Origin: a virus
IMG/VR virus record: IMGVR_UViG_3300045988_145100
Span: 64,001-128,000 of that record
Length of the DNA stretch: 64,000 nucleotides
Direction: 5' to 3' (one strand)
Each line of letters starts with the position of its first letter. Positions within the stretch are counted from its first letter, which is position 1. Of the stretch, positions 12,701-20,720 are shown one piece after another. The position numbers and the translations under genes were made by a program. The notes below the pieces were generated by a model, which was not told the origin of the DNA, ran no database searches, and saw nothing but the letters and a program-made list of their open reading frames with translations.

Positions 12701-15700
12701 CTATATTGCGAATCAATTTTTGCTCCACTTACTTTAGAAAGCCAATCTTTTCTTTCATCAGCACTCATTTTAGATAAATTATCTGGCAAGTCTATTGTTT
12801 GACTTTCACCTATCAAACTTGCAAAATCTGATAATTTCTTTTGTTTACCTTTATCTTTTCCAAATACACTTTTCTTTTCAAGATATTCTTTAAATGAAGC
12901 ATCAATACTATCTTTTGTTTCTGCTAAATTGTATTTTCTGTCTTCTAATGCTTTTTGGTCTTTTAAAGTAGCTCTATTACCAATAGTTCCCGAAAGCATG
13001 TTTGAAAATTGATTAAATGATTTCTTTGTTTGAAGAAAACCAGACACACTAAAGCCCAATTGAGTAAAAAGTCCAATTATAGAACCAATACTTAATTTTA
13101 AATCTCCAGAAAATAATTCTTCTATAGATTCAAAAACAGAATAAGCACTATTAGCAGTCATCGCAAAACTACTCATAGCACTCGCGCCATTAGCAAAATT
13201 CTCGCCAATACTACCTACAGAAAATCCCATCTCATTAATAGAATCAACTACTGATTTAGAATGATTTTGAACATCTAATAAAGATTTTACATAATCTGCT
13301 AAAGACTTATCTGAAGCCTTTATCGCTTTATGTTGTTCATCAAGTGCGTCAGATATCTTTGTAACATCTGTAGCTTCAAAACCGTAATTTTGTAAAACAC
13401 CTCTGAGATTGCCACTAAGAGTATCTCGATTTGTAAGATAACTCGTTCTATTGTTTTCAATCATCTGTAGCATATGAGCATAGTCTGTTTTATCTGCACC
13501 TGCTACATTCTGACCAGTAATAAGCTTTTTAATATTACCTTCTTTTTTATATTCATTTAATTTCATAAGGTCATCAATCATTCGCTTATTTTCATTTGAA
13601 GAATTATAAAGAGTAGATAATGTTTCTTGCATATCTTTTAAAGAAAATTTACCTGATTTAACTTTATTCATATCAAATAAATTTAAAACTTTATTACTAG
13701 TAGAAATATTAGTTTCATTTCCAGCATATGCTAATTCTGCAGCATTATAGTCTTCAAAAAATTGATTCTGAAGAGCTTCCTGTGCTTCTTCATCAAAATT
13801 AGGATTAACCATGCCTTCAGCTAACTTTTTAGTATCTCTATATTTTTCAAGGTATGATTTATATACTGTTTTATTAATATTCGCACTATTTGTTGGTCTT
13901 CGTTCTTTTTCTGAGAATCTATAATTACCATTCTCATCTGCAGGGTCAACTTGATGTATCATATCCCAATAGCGGCTATTTCTTGCTCTGGTTTTTTCTA
14001 TACCTTTATAGTTTTGACTAAGATAATATTCACTAGGTAATTCATCTGCTTCACCTAATAATACTTTCTTTGCATAAAGCTCTTGTAAAGTATTTTCAGG
14101 TAAATTTTTTGCATAATAAGCTTTGTTTACTTCTGAAGTAATTTTTTCACGAATTTTTTTACTGTCTACGTTGTCTAAAGATAAATTAGTGCTTTTAAAT
14201 CTCTGACCAATAGATGAAATATCGTCAGATGCAGCGTGTCTAGCTTTATTTTTAGTATCATAAATCTGAGCTGTAACTTCAGCTTCTTCTGTTAATTGTT
14301 TTAATTGAGCTTTTTCATTAGCTATTTGTTCTATTTGAGATTCAGTTAAATTTGCATTTATTTTAGCTAACTCTTTTTTCTTCTCAAAAATAGCATTTTC
14401 AATATCATAATTTGCTTTCATATTAGCTACTTGCGCACGGTCTTCTGGCGTTCTTATATCCATTCCCGCAATCATAGCTTTATATTCTTTTTGAGCCTTC
14501 TCTCGGGTTGCCTCAATTTCTTTGCCCATAATACCAAATTTAATTTTAAAGTTATCAACAACTTTATCAACATATTTGCTTATTTGAGGACCTTGATTAG
14601 AAATTATAGTATTTGCTAATAAAATAAAAGCAGTTCTAACTCCACCAACAGAATCAACAAAATGACCAAATCCTTCAATAGCTTTACTAAGGAATTTCAT
14701 TAAATCAACCATAGTTTTACTATCAATAAGATTTGAATAAATTTCTTCTAATGAAGTTTTTATTTTCTTAGATGCGGCATCCCATGATTCTGCATAAATA
14801 TCAGCTTGCTGTTGTAAAGAACCTTCTGCACCCTTAGCTATATTTAAGTTCTCTTGGAAGACATCCCATTTATCCATTAAGGCAATTAATTGGCTATACT
14901 GACGAGTACCTGCAACTGCTTGCGCAACTGCAATCTGTGTATCCTTAGAAATGGTTTTCCATTTAGAACCCATATCGTCTAAGATATCATCCATATCACG
15001 AACTTCGCCTTTTGAATCTTTAATATTAACACCAATAGATTCAAGAGCCTTAGAATACTGACCTAATGTTGTTCCATCATCTAAAGTATTACCTAACTCT
15101 AAGTCCTGGATACGTGCGAATAATGTCTTAAATGCAGTACCTACAGTATCTGCGGACTGACGAGTTTCTGCAACAACAGTTGCAAGAGCAGAAGTAGCAT
15201 ATTCGTATGATAAACCTACAGTATTACCAATAGAAGCAAACTTCTCAAGACCTGCTGCGATTTCATCTGTACTAGATGCAGTTGCCGCACCTAATGCAGT
15301 AAGAACATCTGCAAAGTATTCTACGCTTTTTGAACCATCATTAAAGTTATTCCAAATAGCTGTCATATAAGAAGAAACATCCGCCGCAGTCTCTCCTGTA
15401 ACACTTGCCATCTTTGTAACTGCATCAGTACGTTCCTTAACTGCGGCAGTATCCAGACCTTGCTGATAGAAGATTAATGCCGCATTTGTATATGCAGTTG
15501 TTGTTGTATTTAAAGCTTTGGCAGATTCATTTGCTTGTTTAGCAAATTTAGCCATATTATCTGAACTTTCTCCAGATACTATTCTAATTTCATTTAATGA
15601 TTTATCAAGCTTTCTACTATATTCAAAAGCTTTACTAAATTCTGTTTGTACTTGATGAACGGCACCTGAAGCTACAGTCCATTTCGCACTATTTGTAAGA

Positions 15701-16110
15701 GTAGTAGAAAAACTCTTTAAAAGTCCTTCAGACTGTCTTAAAGGAACTTCCGCAGACATAATAGATTGCGCTAAAGATGTAAATGCTTTTTGACCTTGAG
15801 GACCTAATGATTCTAAATTCTTACGAACTTGAGAAATAGTAGTACCAGACTTATTTAAGTTTGTAACAAATTTAGATAAATCAAGGTTATCTCCCTTAAA
15901 AGTCATTGATTGTGATAATATACCATTTAATTTACTAGCTTCTATTACAGCTTTGGAAATATCAGAAGATAAGGTATTAGTTGCTGTATTCTGCTTTGCG
16001 GCAACCGATAAATTAACTATCTGTTTTTGTAAATCTTGAATTTGAGCTTTTGCTCTTGAGGTATCGGTATTGAACCCTATATCAATATCAATTCTTTTTC
16101 TTCCTGCCAT
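6778..16110 (-). CDS. Tail tape measure protein, 3110 aa
   Basis: Giant ORF that is coiled-coil-rich throughout. The N-terminal region contains a TP901-family TMP core-like segment (...TAIWNNFNDGSKSVEYFADVLTALGAATASSTDEIAAGLEKFASIGNTVGLSYEYATSALATV...). Position between tail tube/chaperone genes and the fibre gene fits a TMP. Confidence 0.8.
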   Translation of the reverse strand: MAGRKRIDIDIGFNTDTSRAKAQIQDLQKQIVNLSVAAKQNTATNTLSSDISKAVIEASKLNGILSQSMTFKGDNLDLSKFVTNLNKSGTTISQVRKNLESLGPQGQKAFTSLAQSIMSAEVPLRQSEGLLKSFSTTLTNSAKWTVASGAVHQVQTEFSKAFEYSRKLDKSLNEIRIVSGESSDNMAKFAKQANESAKALNTTTTAYTNAALIFYQQGLDTAAVKERTDAVTKMASVTGETAADVSSYMTAIWNNFNDGSKSVEYFADVLTALGAATASSTDEIAAGLEKFASIGNTVGLSYEYATSALATVVAETRQSADTVGTAFKTLFARIQDLELGNTLDDGTTLGQYSKALESIGVNIKDSKGEVRDMDDILDDMGSKWKTISKDTQIAVAQAVAGTRQYSQLIALMDKWDVFQENLNIAKGAEGSLQQQADIYAESWDAASKKIKTSLEEIYSNLIDSKTMVDLMKFLSKAIEGFGHFVDSVGGVRTAFILLANTIISNQGPQISKYVDKVVDNFKIKFGIMGKEIEATREKAQKEYKAMIAGMDIRTPEDRAQVANMKANYDIENAIFEKKKELAKINANLTESQIEQIANEKAQLKQLTEEAEVTAQIYDTKNKARHAASDDISSIGQRFKSTNLSLDNVDSKKIREKITSEVNKAYYAKNLPENTLQELYAKKVLLGEADELPSEYYLSQNYKGIEKTRARNSRYWDMIHQVDPADENGNYRFSEKERRPTNSANINKTVYKSYLEKYRDTKKLAEGMVNPNFDEEAQEALQNQFFEDYNAAELAYAGNETNISTSNKVLNLFDMNKVKSGKFSLKDMQETLSTLYNSSNENKRMIDDLMKLNEYKKEGNIKKLITGQNVAGADKTDYAHMLQMIENNRTSYLTNRDTLSGNLRGVLQNYGFEATDVTKISDALDEQHKAIKASDKSLADYVKSLLDVQNHSKSVVDSINEMGFSVGSIGENFANGASAMSSFAMTANSAYSVFESIEELFSGDLKLSIGSIIGLFTQLGFSVSGFLQTKKSFNQFSNMLSGTIGNRATLKDQKALEDRKYNLAETKDSIDASFKEYLEKKSVFGKDKGKQKKLSDFASLIGESQTIDLPDNLSKMSADERKDWLSKVSGAKIDSQYRTRDSRLTGITKGLITNDNEWANFTESLKQRKAAAQEEQDIVATTQAVEGRGIQIASKVSKAMGAIGIAVQVATAAYAVYNLIHKAVVANLQKEAEESLRVAQNTTERTKQYKEESDKVSELKKAYDELYNKYNDGELSASALKKQSYDLCMQYGEEELAVKALSGEYKSLEEAMKSIESKKTEKTLNSAKQEQKNYEIALKDQLSASAEEDSGRRDFVNGTETIDLKGMVARNSKEKNLASQLQELGVQFLTNDKISLQSLATAIKTDADAVQSVLNDSDTSAAKQLRQYLSSAKDQIDGLTESIDTAHEAQKTMIVDAQNFDAINSIEDYTTTWRNMVHEALSKGVYDSIEDASKWANSYMSAIDSIKEYAQTATVADTIMSNTSTDVFKDIQKQKDEIDKKTTEDYLNAVGDNAKYIYQDKGLFGTGLFAKGEITEEEYNSHNKSYNQVGAGGNYIYTKEVDQNAVQEWKDSQKIASELNSLQYYESMTKALDNYSTYEQSFFSDNFSQLLSEAMEKNSNNTEKALSSLAEKLPNVFKGSAEKGEADYAQTLVDGLITDKTELTDKQKKQILDTLDFSGVTSEGVSVDEKTLNNMDWSSQATLMASFYGEKLKLIEETGDAAREEAQLEADTYKEKYKEQIDDYKEAQKELELLSEDSDANFTQDDIGKLVDKFNGNDLSGLNSDTIRDLKDAMKNQGYGSDDSDVVNFFKKLSNKKYSDQLEKLDDLVKDLTVDSEDWNKVVKAGEKAQEANSSVIDEIQTGYKTLTSAMKDYNANGYFTMDNLQAILELEPKYLSALEWDGSQFKLNTADLKEMTKAKLADMAVSQARITVAKVESILSSDNVVNAAMELEMTQKLTTSTMSYAETLIAEARGLAAANTELQNNAAAMQQVTMYIDAQENAIAAIGNVYDNIDAHFDKIMGSSSAASSSKKKYFEDEFDRYWEFKKAIDEVAHAMERLEDEQDNLYGQELIDNLNQVNDLLVTQKANYEALYEAQKVEAEELRSSLSAYGALFDEEGRLTNYADITTSMFAQYGNVDDSETYEEFKKYLERYDTLYYSEMVDTTDKIVEESKKILENNLKIWETDIQINLDLKQAERDWNDFLKEINRNFKSTFSDAGQEIEYALKKAQTFNLNDGTLASDIQKVENINYEIDQLKNGGTSDLFSSLSEAENALKEANKTLQDDAEELFSTYEEGWNAYLEYIDDVGTHLDNINKKYEELNEELEHQANLISLLYGDTAYDKLAKLYDTQQKNNLAQLKSLRQQTDFYQAQYEKAVQLDGEDSKSAEKWLEKKKQAMQDLRSEEETYIKTIQSKYNNTIDSIIKKARMATNGGVDTDWARTMYDLTKTKSEGNYDDVERVYQLTSLQSKWNKLIADTTGTKNQEKLKKIMDEQLANLEKKATLTEYDIGLAEKALAVEQARIALEQAQNSKDSMKLTRNAEGNWSYQYVADEDNVAEKQQDLLDAINDKYEYVKSANQQALDDLLQYEEDFWNKYAEIMKDVSLSDEERQSRIAQLYDMYYGKEGILTQAYQDSAQTQQDLNLVTAEQLWAIYESDQEKYATMTAAEQELIDGLKNGTIKSYEDIQEAGQRVNDESLDYWNTTAQAMADAWNADDGMSIKSQVNEALKDCSSALGDYNADVDAGCAAAGEDFTDVGSAIDDVSSAIDDLDGTTEDYIDNAEKLIDDYINSLKELESQWKEVKAIVEQNIETMKKYELAAKSASTVKTPAAAAPSSGGSVGGNSTDIADNNPPEETVHYYSVDSAPDGDGLVVTVYERTGNSEKAIGRDGEEPKDYRDHRISSVWEARDYINQVLSDNGYDEELDPNVNVQTSGYKYYLDNARVNTYSFDTGGYTGEWDNSGRLAVLHQKELVLNKDDTENILNAVEFVRGIASSIGASLLSQLAGMTNATSSIHPVSADYLSSNVSNASNNNVYNVTAEFPNAESVQDIREALLSLPNLVSQKVNEKNI

Positions 16111-16133
16111 TCATTTTTCTCCTTTTTCTCTAT

Positions 16134-16173
16134 ACTAAAAAATGGGAATGCGATATGAATATCACATTCCCAT
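16134..16173 (-). terminator. Rho-independent terminator/attenuator just upstream of the TMP gene
   Basis: Stem tgggaatg/cattccca at 16143-16172, with an A-run at 16136-16142 on plus (T-run in the minus-strand transcript). Confidence 0.45.
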
Positions 16174-16227
16174 TATAATTTTCTTTTTCTAAAATATTTC
16201 GAGAAACCTATGAACCGATAGAACATT

Positions 16228-16755
16228 TTAGCCCAATTTTGTCATAATTTCTTTTAATAATCCTAATGAATTAGGGTCTTCTACTTCCTTAATAATATTG
16301 TCTAAATCTGCCTGTGTAACAGCATAATCTTCATTAACAGCTTCTAAAATACCTAACACAGAATTACGATAAGCATAAAAATTCTTAATTAATTCATCTG
16401 TAGTTGATTTTAAATAATCATATTCATCTTTTGGTATTAATGAAATAACCGCACTTATAACATCATTACTTTCAAGAATGTTATATAAGTTAGTAGGGTC
16501 TTCTTTTTCTTCATCTGTAAAGAAAATATCTGTATAATGATATATAACCTCTAAAGCAAAATAAACAGATACTTTAAAAGGATTGGCAAAACTATTCTTT
16601 TCATCAAAAGAATTTTTTAATACATTTGTCGCAATCTCTATTTTTTCTTCAATAGGGATATATTGCTTTACTTTTATAGGGTGATTATTTATAGTTGCTC
16701 CCTCATAATATAAATCAGAATTTACTGATATATCTAACTCTTTAAAACTTGGCAT
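16228..16755 (-). CDS. Hypothetical protein in the tail-assembly-chaperone position
   Basis: 175-aa acidic ORF immediately upstream of the TMP gene; call is by position only. Confidence 0.35.
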   Translation of the reverse strand: MPSFKELDISVNSDLYYEGATINNHPIKVKQYIPIEEKIEIATNVLKNSFDEKNSFANPFKVSVYFALEVIYHYTDIFFTDEEKEDPTNLYNILESNDVISAVISLIPKDEYDYLKSTTDELIKNFYAYRNSVLGILEAVNEDYAVTQADLDNIIKEVEDPNSLGLLKEIMTKLG

Positions 16756-16816
16756 TATTAGCCCTCCTTTTATTTCTTAATTATAGTATATCATATTTTT
16801 TTTAAATTGTCAATTT

Positions 16817-17992
16817 CTAAGTCTTCTTATTAAAATCATTTAGAACGATATCTAAAGCTTTATCTATCTGAGAATTCATTAATTCTGCACCATTTTTTAA
16901 ATCTTCATATTTTTTTTCTTTAAAATACAACTCTTTTAGAACTTCTCTTTTCTTTAGTTCTTCAGTGTTTGTATTTAGTAATTTGATTAATCTATCTAAA
17001 TTTAACATTATAGTTGAAGTAAGCTGAAGAGAAGCTCCACTATCTTTCATATTCGCTTTAACAGAATAATGATGAAACATATATGTAGAATTATCTCCAC
17101 CTTGAGCTGCTTTAACATTATCTCGTTCAATTTTAATAGCAAAATCGTTTAATGTGAATAATTTTTCGTCTCTTTGTGCCTCACTAAAAGCTGTATCAAA
17201 ACCTTCCGCTACATGTCCAAAATTGAAACTTACTTCTTCCTTTTCTTTCCCTTTTCCTTTTTGGTACTTTGGAAATGGTAATTTTACATAATAAGTTGAA
17301 TTTCCTTCTTTTTTAAGATGCCCACTTTGTAATGCTAAATTGTAATATTTAGAAAGTTGTGCGCCTTGTGAATCTGAAATATTTTGACTATCTATTATTC
17401 TTTGCTTCTCTTCATTAGAAAGTATTCCTTCTTTTTGAACTAACTGTTTTCCTTCCAATCTTTCTTGTCTAATTTGTTCTAATAGCTTACTAGTCACTAT
17501 TTTAATTTCGTTTACTGAGCCAGTTAAAACTCTTAATAGCTCATAATCATTCAAATCTAATAATTTAATATTATTTGTATCATCACCAAAATATATATGA
17601 TAATCAATTATTTGGTCTGTTAAAAATTCTCTAGTTTTCATAATCCATAAATAAACTTCAGCATATAACTGTGTTAAATGATGGTTATATATTTTTATCA
17701 TTTGATTTTTCGTCTGTATATCTTTTGGTTTTAATTCAGTATATCTCTTTGTTATAAAATCTCGCATTTGTTTTACAGTATTTCTTTTATTAGATTCATT
17801 TATAAGGTCTTCTTTTAAGCTTTTTAATTTTGTTAAAATATTGAATAATTTTTCTCTAATATTATCTACTTCTGTAGAATTAAATATTCCTTCTACATTA
17901 GTAATTATCTCTTCAATTTCATTAGCAGTAAATAATGCTGTATCAGTATTTTTATTACTTTTTCTTGACACTGTCTCACCTCCTATAAACAA
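16817..17992 (-). CDS. Hypothetical tail-module protein, 391 aa
   Basis: ORF between the major tail protein terminator and the chaperone-position gene; no recognisable motif. Confidence 0.4.
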   Translation of the reverse strand: MFIGGETVSRKSNKNTDTALFTANEIEEIITNVEGIFNSTEVDNIREKLFNILTKLKSLKEDLINESNKRNTVKQMRDFITKRYTELKPKDIQTKNQMIKIYNHHLTQLYAEVYLWIMKTREFLTDQIIDYHIYFGDDTNNIKLLDLNDYELLRVLTGSVNEIKIVTSKLLEQIRQERLEGKQLVQKEGILSNEEKQRIIDSQNISDSQGAQLSKYYNLALQSGHLKKEGNSTYYVKLPFPKYQKGKGKEKEEVSFNFGHVAEGFDTAFSEAQRDEKLFTLNDFAIKIERDNVKAAQGGDNSTYMFHHYSVKANMKDSGASLQLTSTIMLNLDRLIKLLNTNTEELKKREVLKELYFKEKKYEDLKNGAELMNSQIDKALDIVLNDFNKKT

Positions 17993-18030
17993 AAAAAATG
18001 CGGGGTCGAGTATAATAACCCGACCCCGCT
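17990..18030 (-). terminator. Rho-independent terminator after the major tail protein gene and its extension ORF
   Basis: Stem gcggggtcg (18000-18008) / cgaccccgc (18021-18029); plus-strand A8 at 17991-17998 gives a U8 tract in the minus-strand transcript. Confidence 0.7.
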
Positions 18031-18057
18031 AAAGAAATCCTTGACCGGGATTCCCGC

Positions 18058-18361
18058 TTACGCGATTGTATAAGTTCCAGTAGCTGTCTTAGTATTGTCT
18101 TCTACACACTTAACGACAATCTTAACTTCTTCATCAGTAGTTCCTCCTGCTGCTGTATAGTCAACTGTTACTTTATTTCCTACTACTGTTGTGTTCTCTG
18201 TTGCATCAAGAGCGTTTACAGTAGAGCTTACTAATGCACAAGTTCCTTCTGTTTTTCCGTCTTTCTGAACTGTAACATCCCACGATACTTTTCCTACAAC
18301 ACTACTATCAGGCTCTCCTAATGAAATAGTGTATACCGGCTCTGCCGGCTCTTCTTTAGGG
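18058..18361 (-). other. C-terminal Ig-like (Big_2-type) extension ORF in the +1 frame, candidate product of +1 recoding at CCC_UAA
   Basis: The overlapping ORF (...VYTISLGEPDSSVVGKVSWDVTVQKDGKTEG...VTVDYTAAGGTTDEEVKIVVKCVEDNTKTATGTYTIA) lies in the +1 frame relative to the tail protein ORF. The overlap is GCT ACA CCC TAA A; Pro-tRNA re-pairing CCC to CCU at a stop codon is the classic +1 mechanism. Confidence 0.5.
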
Positions 18362-19321
18362 TGTAGCTTTGTGAGTATCTGCTGGAACATTTTTATGGTA
18401 TGTTTCATCCTCTGTTGTTCCATCTGTACCTACAACCTGGATAGTACACATAACTTTCTTTGTTCTATCAAAGTAAGTATATCCAGGGAATGCATCCATT
18501 GTGAATGTGAATGTACTTGGGTCTCCACTAGAAGCCATTGTAAATGTCATTGCTGACTGTACTTTAGCTTTAGGAATTGTAATTGTAGCTGCCATATCTT
18601 TACCAGTAGCTTCACTTCTGAATAAAGTATCAGCTTCAACATAGTAATATCCACCGAAATCTTCTGGAGCAATAGTAATTTCAGATACACCTTTCTTCAT
18701 TGCTACATAGAAGTCTAACTTAACAACAGTACCCTTAGTAACAGCTAAAGATGCATCATCCTTAATTGTAAATTCAGCATTATCGCTAACTTTTACAAGA
18801 TAATCATTTTCTGTTCCTGTTGCACCTGTAAGTGTAACATCTGAATAATAATCAATACCTGCACCTGAACCATCAAGCTTTGTAGCATATACTGGAATAT
18901 CTCCGCAGATAGTAAGCTCTTCTTCATTTGTACCTAATTCATCATTAAGTTCTGCTAAGCTTATTTCTACCTTACCTTCATCACCAACTGTTGCATCAAT
19001 AGTAACATGAACATGCTGAATTGCGTTTTCACCAGCTTCAAGTAATCCTGCACCTGAAAGTACAGCAAGACCCTGTGGAGAAATTAAAGCATCTTCAACT
19101 GTAAATGTCATAGTCTTTTCACCTTCCCAAGCAATAAGACGAGAGTTACCTTTACCACCTTGAGCATATACTGTTGTTGTAGCCTGCTCTAAAGTAGATG
19201 TTTTTGCACTATCAATGAAAAACGCTGGCTGTCCAGCTTTGAAAGTTTTCTTTCCGATTTTTTGGTTATTTGAAGTAGCTTTAAAAGTTACATCGCATAT
19301 TTCGCGGACACCAAACTTCAT
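18356..19321 (-). CDS. Putative major tail (tube) protein, short form, 321 aa
   Basis: Position between connector genes and the tail chaperone/TMP genes; beta-rich composition; ends CCC-TAA exactly where an overlapping +1-frame Ig-like ORF continues. Confidence 0.5.
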   Translation of the reverse strand: MKFGVREICDVTFKATSNNQKIGKKTFKAGQPAFFIDSAKTSTLEQATTTVYAQGGKGNSRLIAWEGEKTMTFTVEDALISPQGLAVLSGAGLLEAGENAIQHVHVTIDATVGDEGKVEISLAELNDELGTNEEELTICGDIPVYATKLDGSGAGIDYYSDVTLTGATGTENDYLVKVSDNAEFTIKDDASLAVTKGTVVKLDFYVAMKKGVSEITIAPEDFGGYYYVEADTLFRSEATGKDMAATITIPKAKVQSAMTFTMASSGDPSTFTFTMDAFPGYTYFDRTKKVMCTIQVVGTDGTTEDETYHKNVPADTHKATP

Positions 19322-19351
19322 TATATTTTTCCTCCTTAAATAAATAATTTG

Positions 19352-20140
19352 CTATGAATGGATGTCTCCCATCCAATTTTCAACTTCTTCTAAGTCTTTA
19401 GCCCCTGCAATTTTAGCTTGAACATAAGCATCAAAGCTTTGTTTCTTTTGAAAACGAGTAAACTCATCTAATAATTGATAAACTGTATAATTCATAAGCT
19501 CATTAATATCTTTATGATTACCAATAGAAAGAATAGAAATATATCGAACAAAAATTGAAACTTTTTGATTCTCATTTTCTTCCCCATTTTTCTTTTTATC
19601 AAGAGTCTCATGTCTCTTTTTCAATTTCTCAGCTATCTTGCGGGCTTGCTTATCTGCTGGGTCATAGACCGCCGCAGTAGTTGCAACTTTTTTAAGACAA
19701 AATAAATCACTTATTTTATCTCTAAAAGAAATAAAATTATCATTATTTATTTCCATAAAGATTTCTCCATTTTGGTCTTTTAAAATAAGTTTATCTTTAT
19801 CTATCTTTAATTGACAGTTTGGAAATAATAATGCTAATACTAGCATTGCATCAGTTCTATATTCATAGCGCTCATGACTATTCATTACTGACATAAATAT
19901 ATCAAAATCGCTTTTATCCTCTAAATCATTTTTGTCCTTAGAAGATAAAAGTTCTTTAGAAAAATTTAAAAATTGTGTGCCAATATTAAAAGCTCGCTCT
20001 CCTATAAGAGCAATCTCGTTCATTGTTGGATTATGAATAACTGCATGTCCTTCAATAAAAGGAATGTCATTTTTTGATAGTAATAATAACTCATTAATCA
20101 TTATCTTCATCTTCTTCAGGAATTGAATCATCACTTCCAT
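19352..20140 (-). CDS. Hypothetical head-tail joining / structural protein
   Basis: 262-aa ORF in the late operon between connectors and the tail tube gene; true start may be an internal Met near 20101. Confidence 0.35.
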   Translation of the reverse strand: MEVMIQFLKKMKIMINELLLLSKNDIPFIEGHAVIHNPTMNEIALIGERAFNIGTQFLNFSKELLSSKDKNDLEDKSDFDIFMSVMNSHERYEYRTDAMLVLALLFPNCQLKIDKDKLILKDQNGEIFMEINNDNFISFRDKISDLFCLKKVATTAAVYDPADKQARKIAEKLKKRHETLDKKKNGEENENQKVSIFVRYISILSIGNHKDINELMNYTVYQLLDEFTRFQKKQSFDAYVQAKIAGAKDLEEVENWMGDIHS

Positions 20141-20702
20141 GTGTTGCTTGATACATTAAACAATAACCTGATAAATCATTACTTAAAGTTACTTCAGTAC
20201 AACCAAAAAAGTTTAATGTTCCTATTCCCGAAAGTTTTGCTTTATTTAAAATGGCGTCTATATATCCAACAATTTTTATTGGTCTTAATTGATAGTTTTC
20301 CAATTCCCAGTAATCAGTATGACATAAAACATCTATTTCTACTATACAGTCTCTATATTCTGGATTACTAGATTCAGTAAAATTATCAAAATTAATTCTA
20401 ATATATGATTTTACTTCTTCATTTTCTTTTCTTTCAATCTTTGGACTTATTCTGATATATCCATCATCTAATAATTTCTTTATAGATAACTTATTTACTT
20501 TATCTGTGTAAGCAGGATTTGTTTTGTCAATTAAACAATCTGAAGTATTTACTGCAAGTAATCTTTTTAAATAATTACTTACAGTTTTATCTTCTATAAA
20601 AAGCTTACGAATAATTGATTCCAAATCTTTTTCACATGAAAGAAAAGAGGATTTTGGCTCTCCTTGAAGAGTTGAGTTCATTTTCTGACTTCTAACTCCC
20701 AT
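20094..20702 (-). CDS. Hypothetical structural protein (connector region)
   Basis: 202-aa ORF, tightly packed in the late operon. Confidence 0.35.
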   Translation of the reverse strand: MGVRSQKMNSTLQGEPKSSFLSCEKDLESIIRKLFIEDKTVSNYLKRLLAVNTSDCLIDKTNPAYTDKVNKLSIKKLLDDGYIRISPKIERKENEEVKSYIRINFDNFTESSNPEYRDCIVEIDVLCHTDYWELENYQLRPIKIVGYIDAILNKAKLSGIGTLNFFGCTEVTLSNDLSGYCLMYQATHGSDDSIPEEDEDND

Positions 20703-20720
20703 TCTATTCTCCTTTTATCT

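Noticed and set aside
8652-14619. Small ORFs (8652-8852, 9483-9668, 9777-9968, 11391-11637, 14431-14619) nested inside the TMP gene
   Set aside because: They lie in alternative frames of an uninterrupted 9.3-kb ORF, lack ribosome-binding sites and have low-complexity hydrophobic translations typical of AT-rich out-of-frame reading.
19352-20702. Possible frameshift between overlapping genes 19352-20140 and 20094-20702 (47-nt overlap)
   Set aside because: The downstream gene has internal Met codons (for example near 20101) that reduce the overlap to a few nucleotides. No slippery motif is present. Ordinary translational coupling is more likely.
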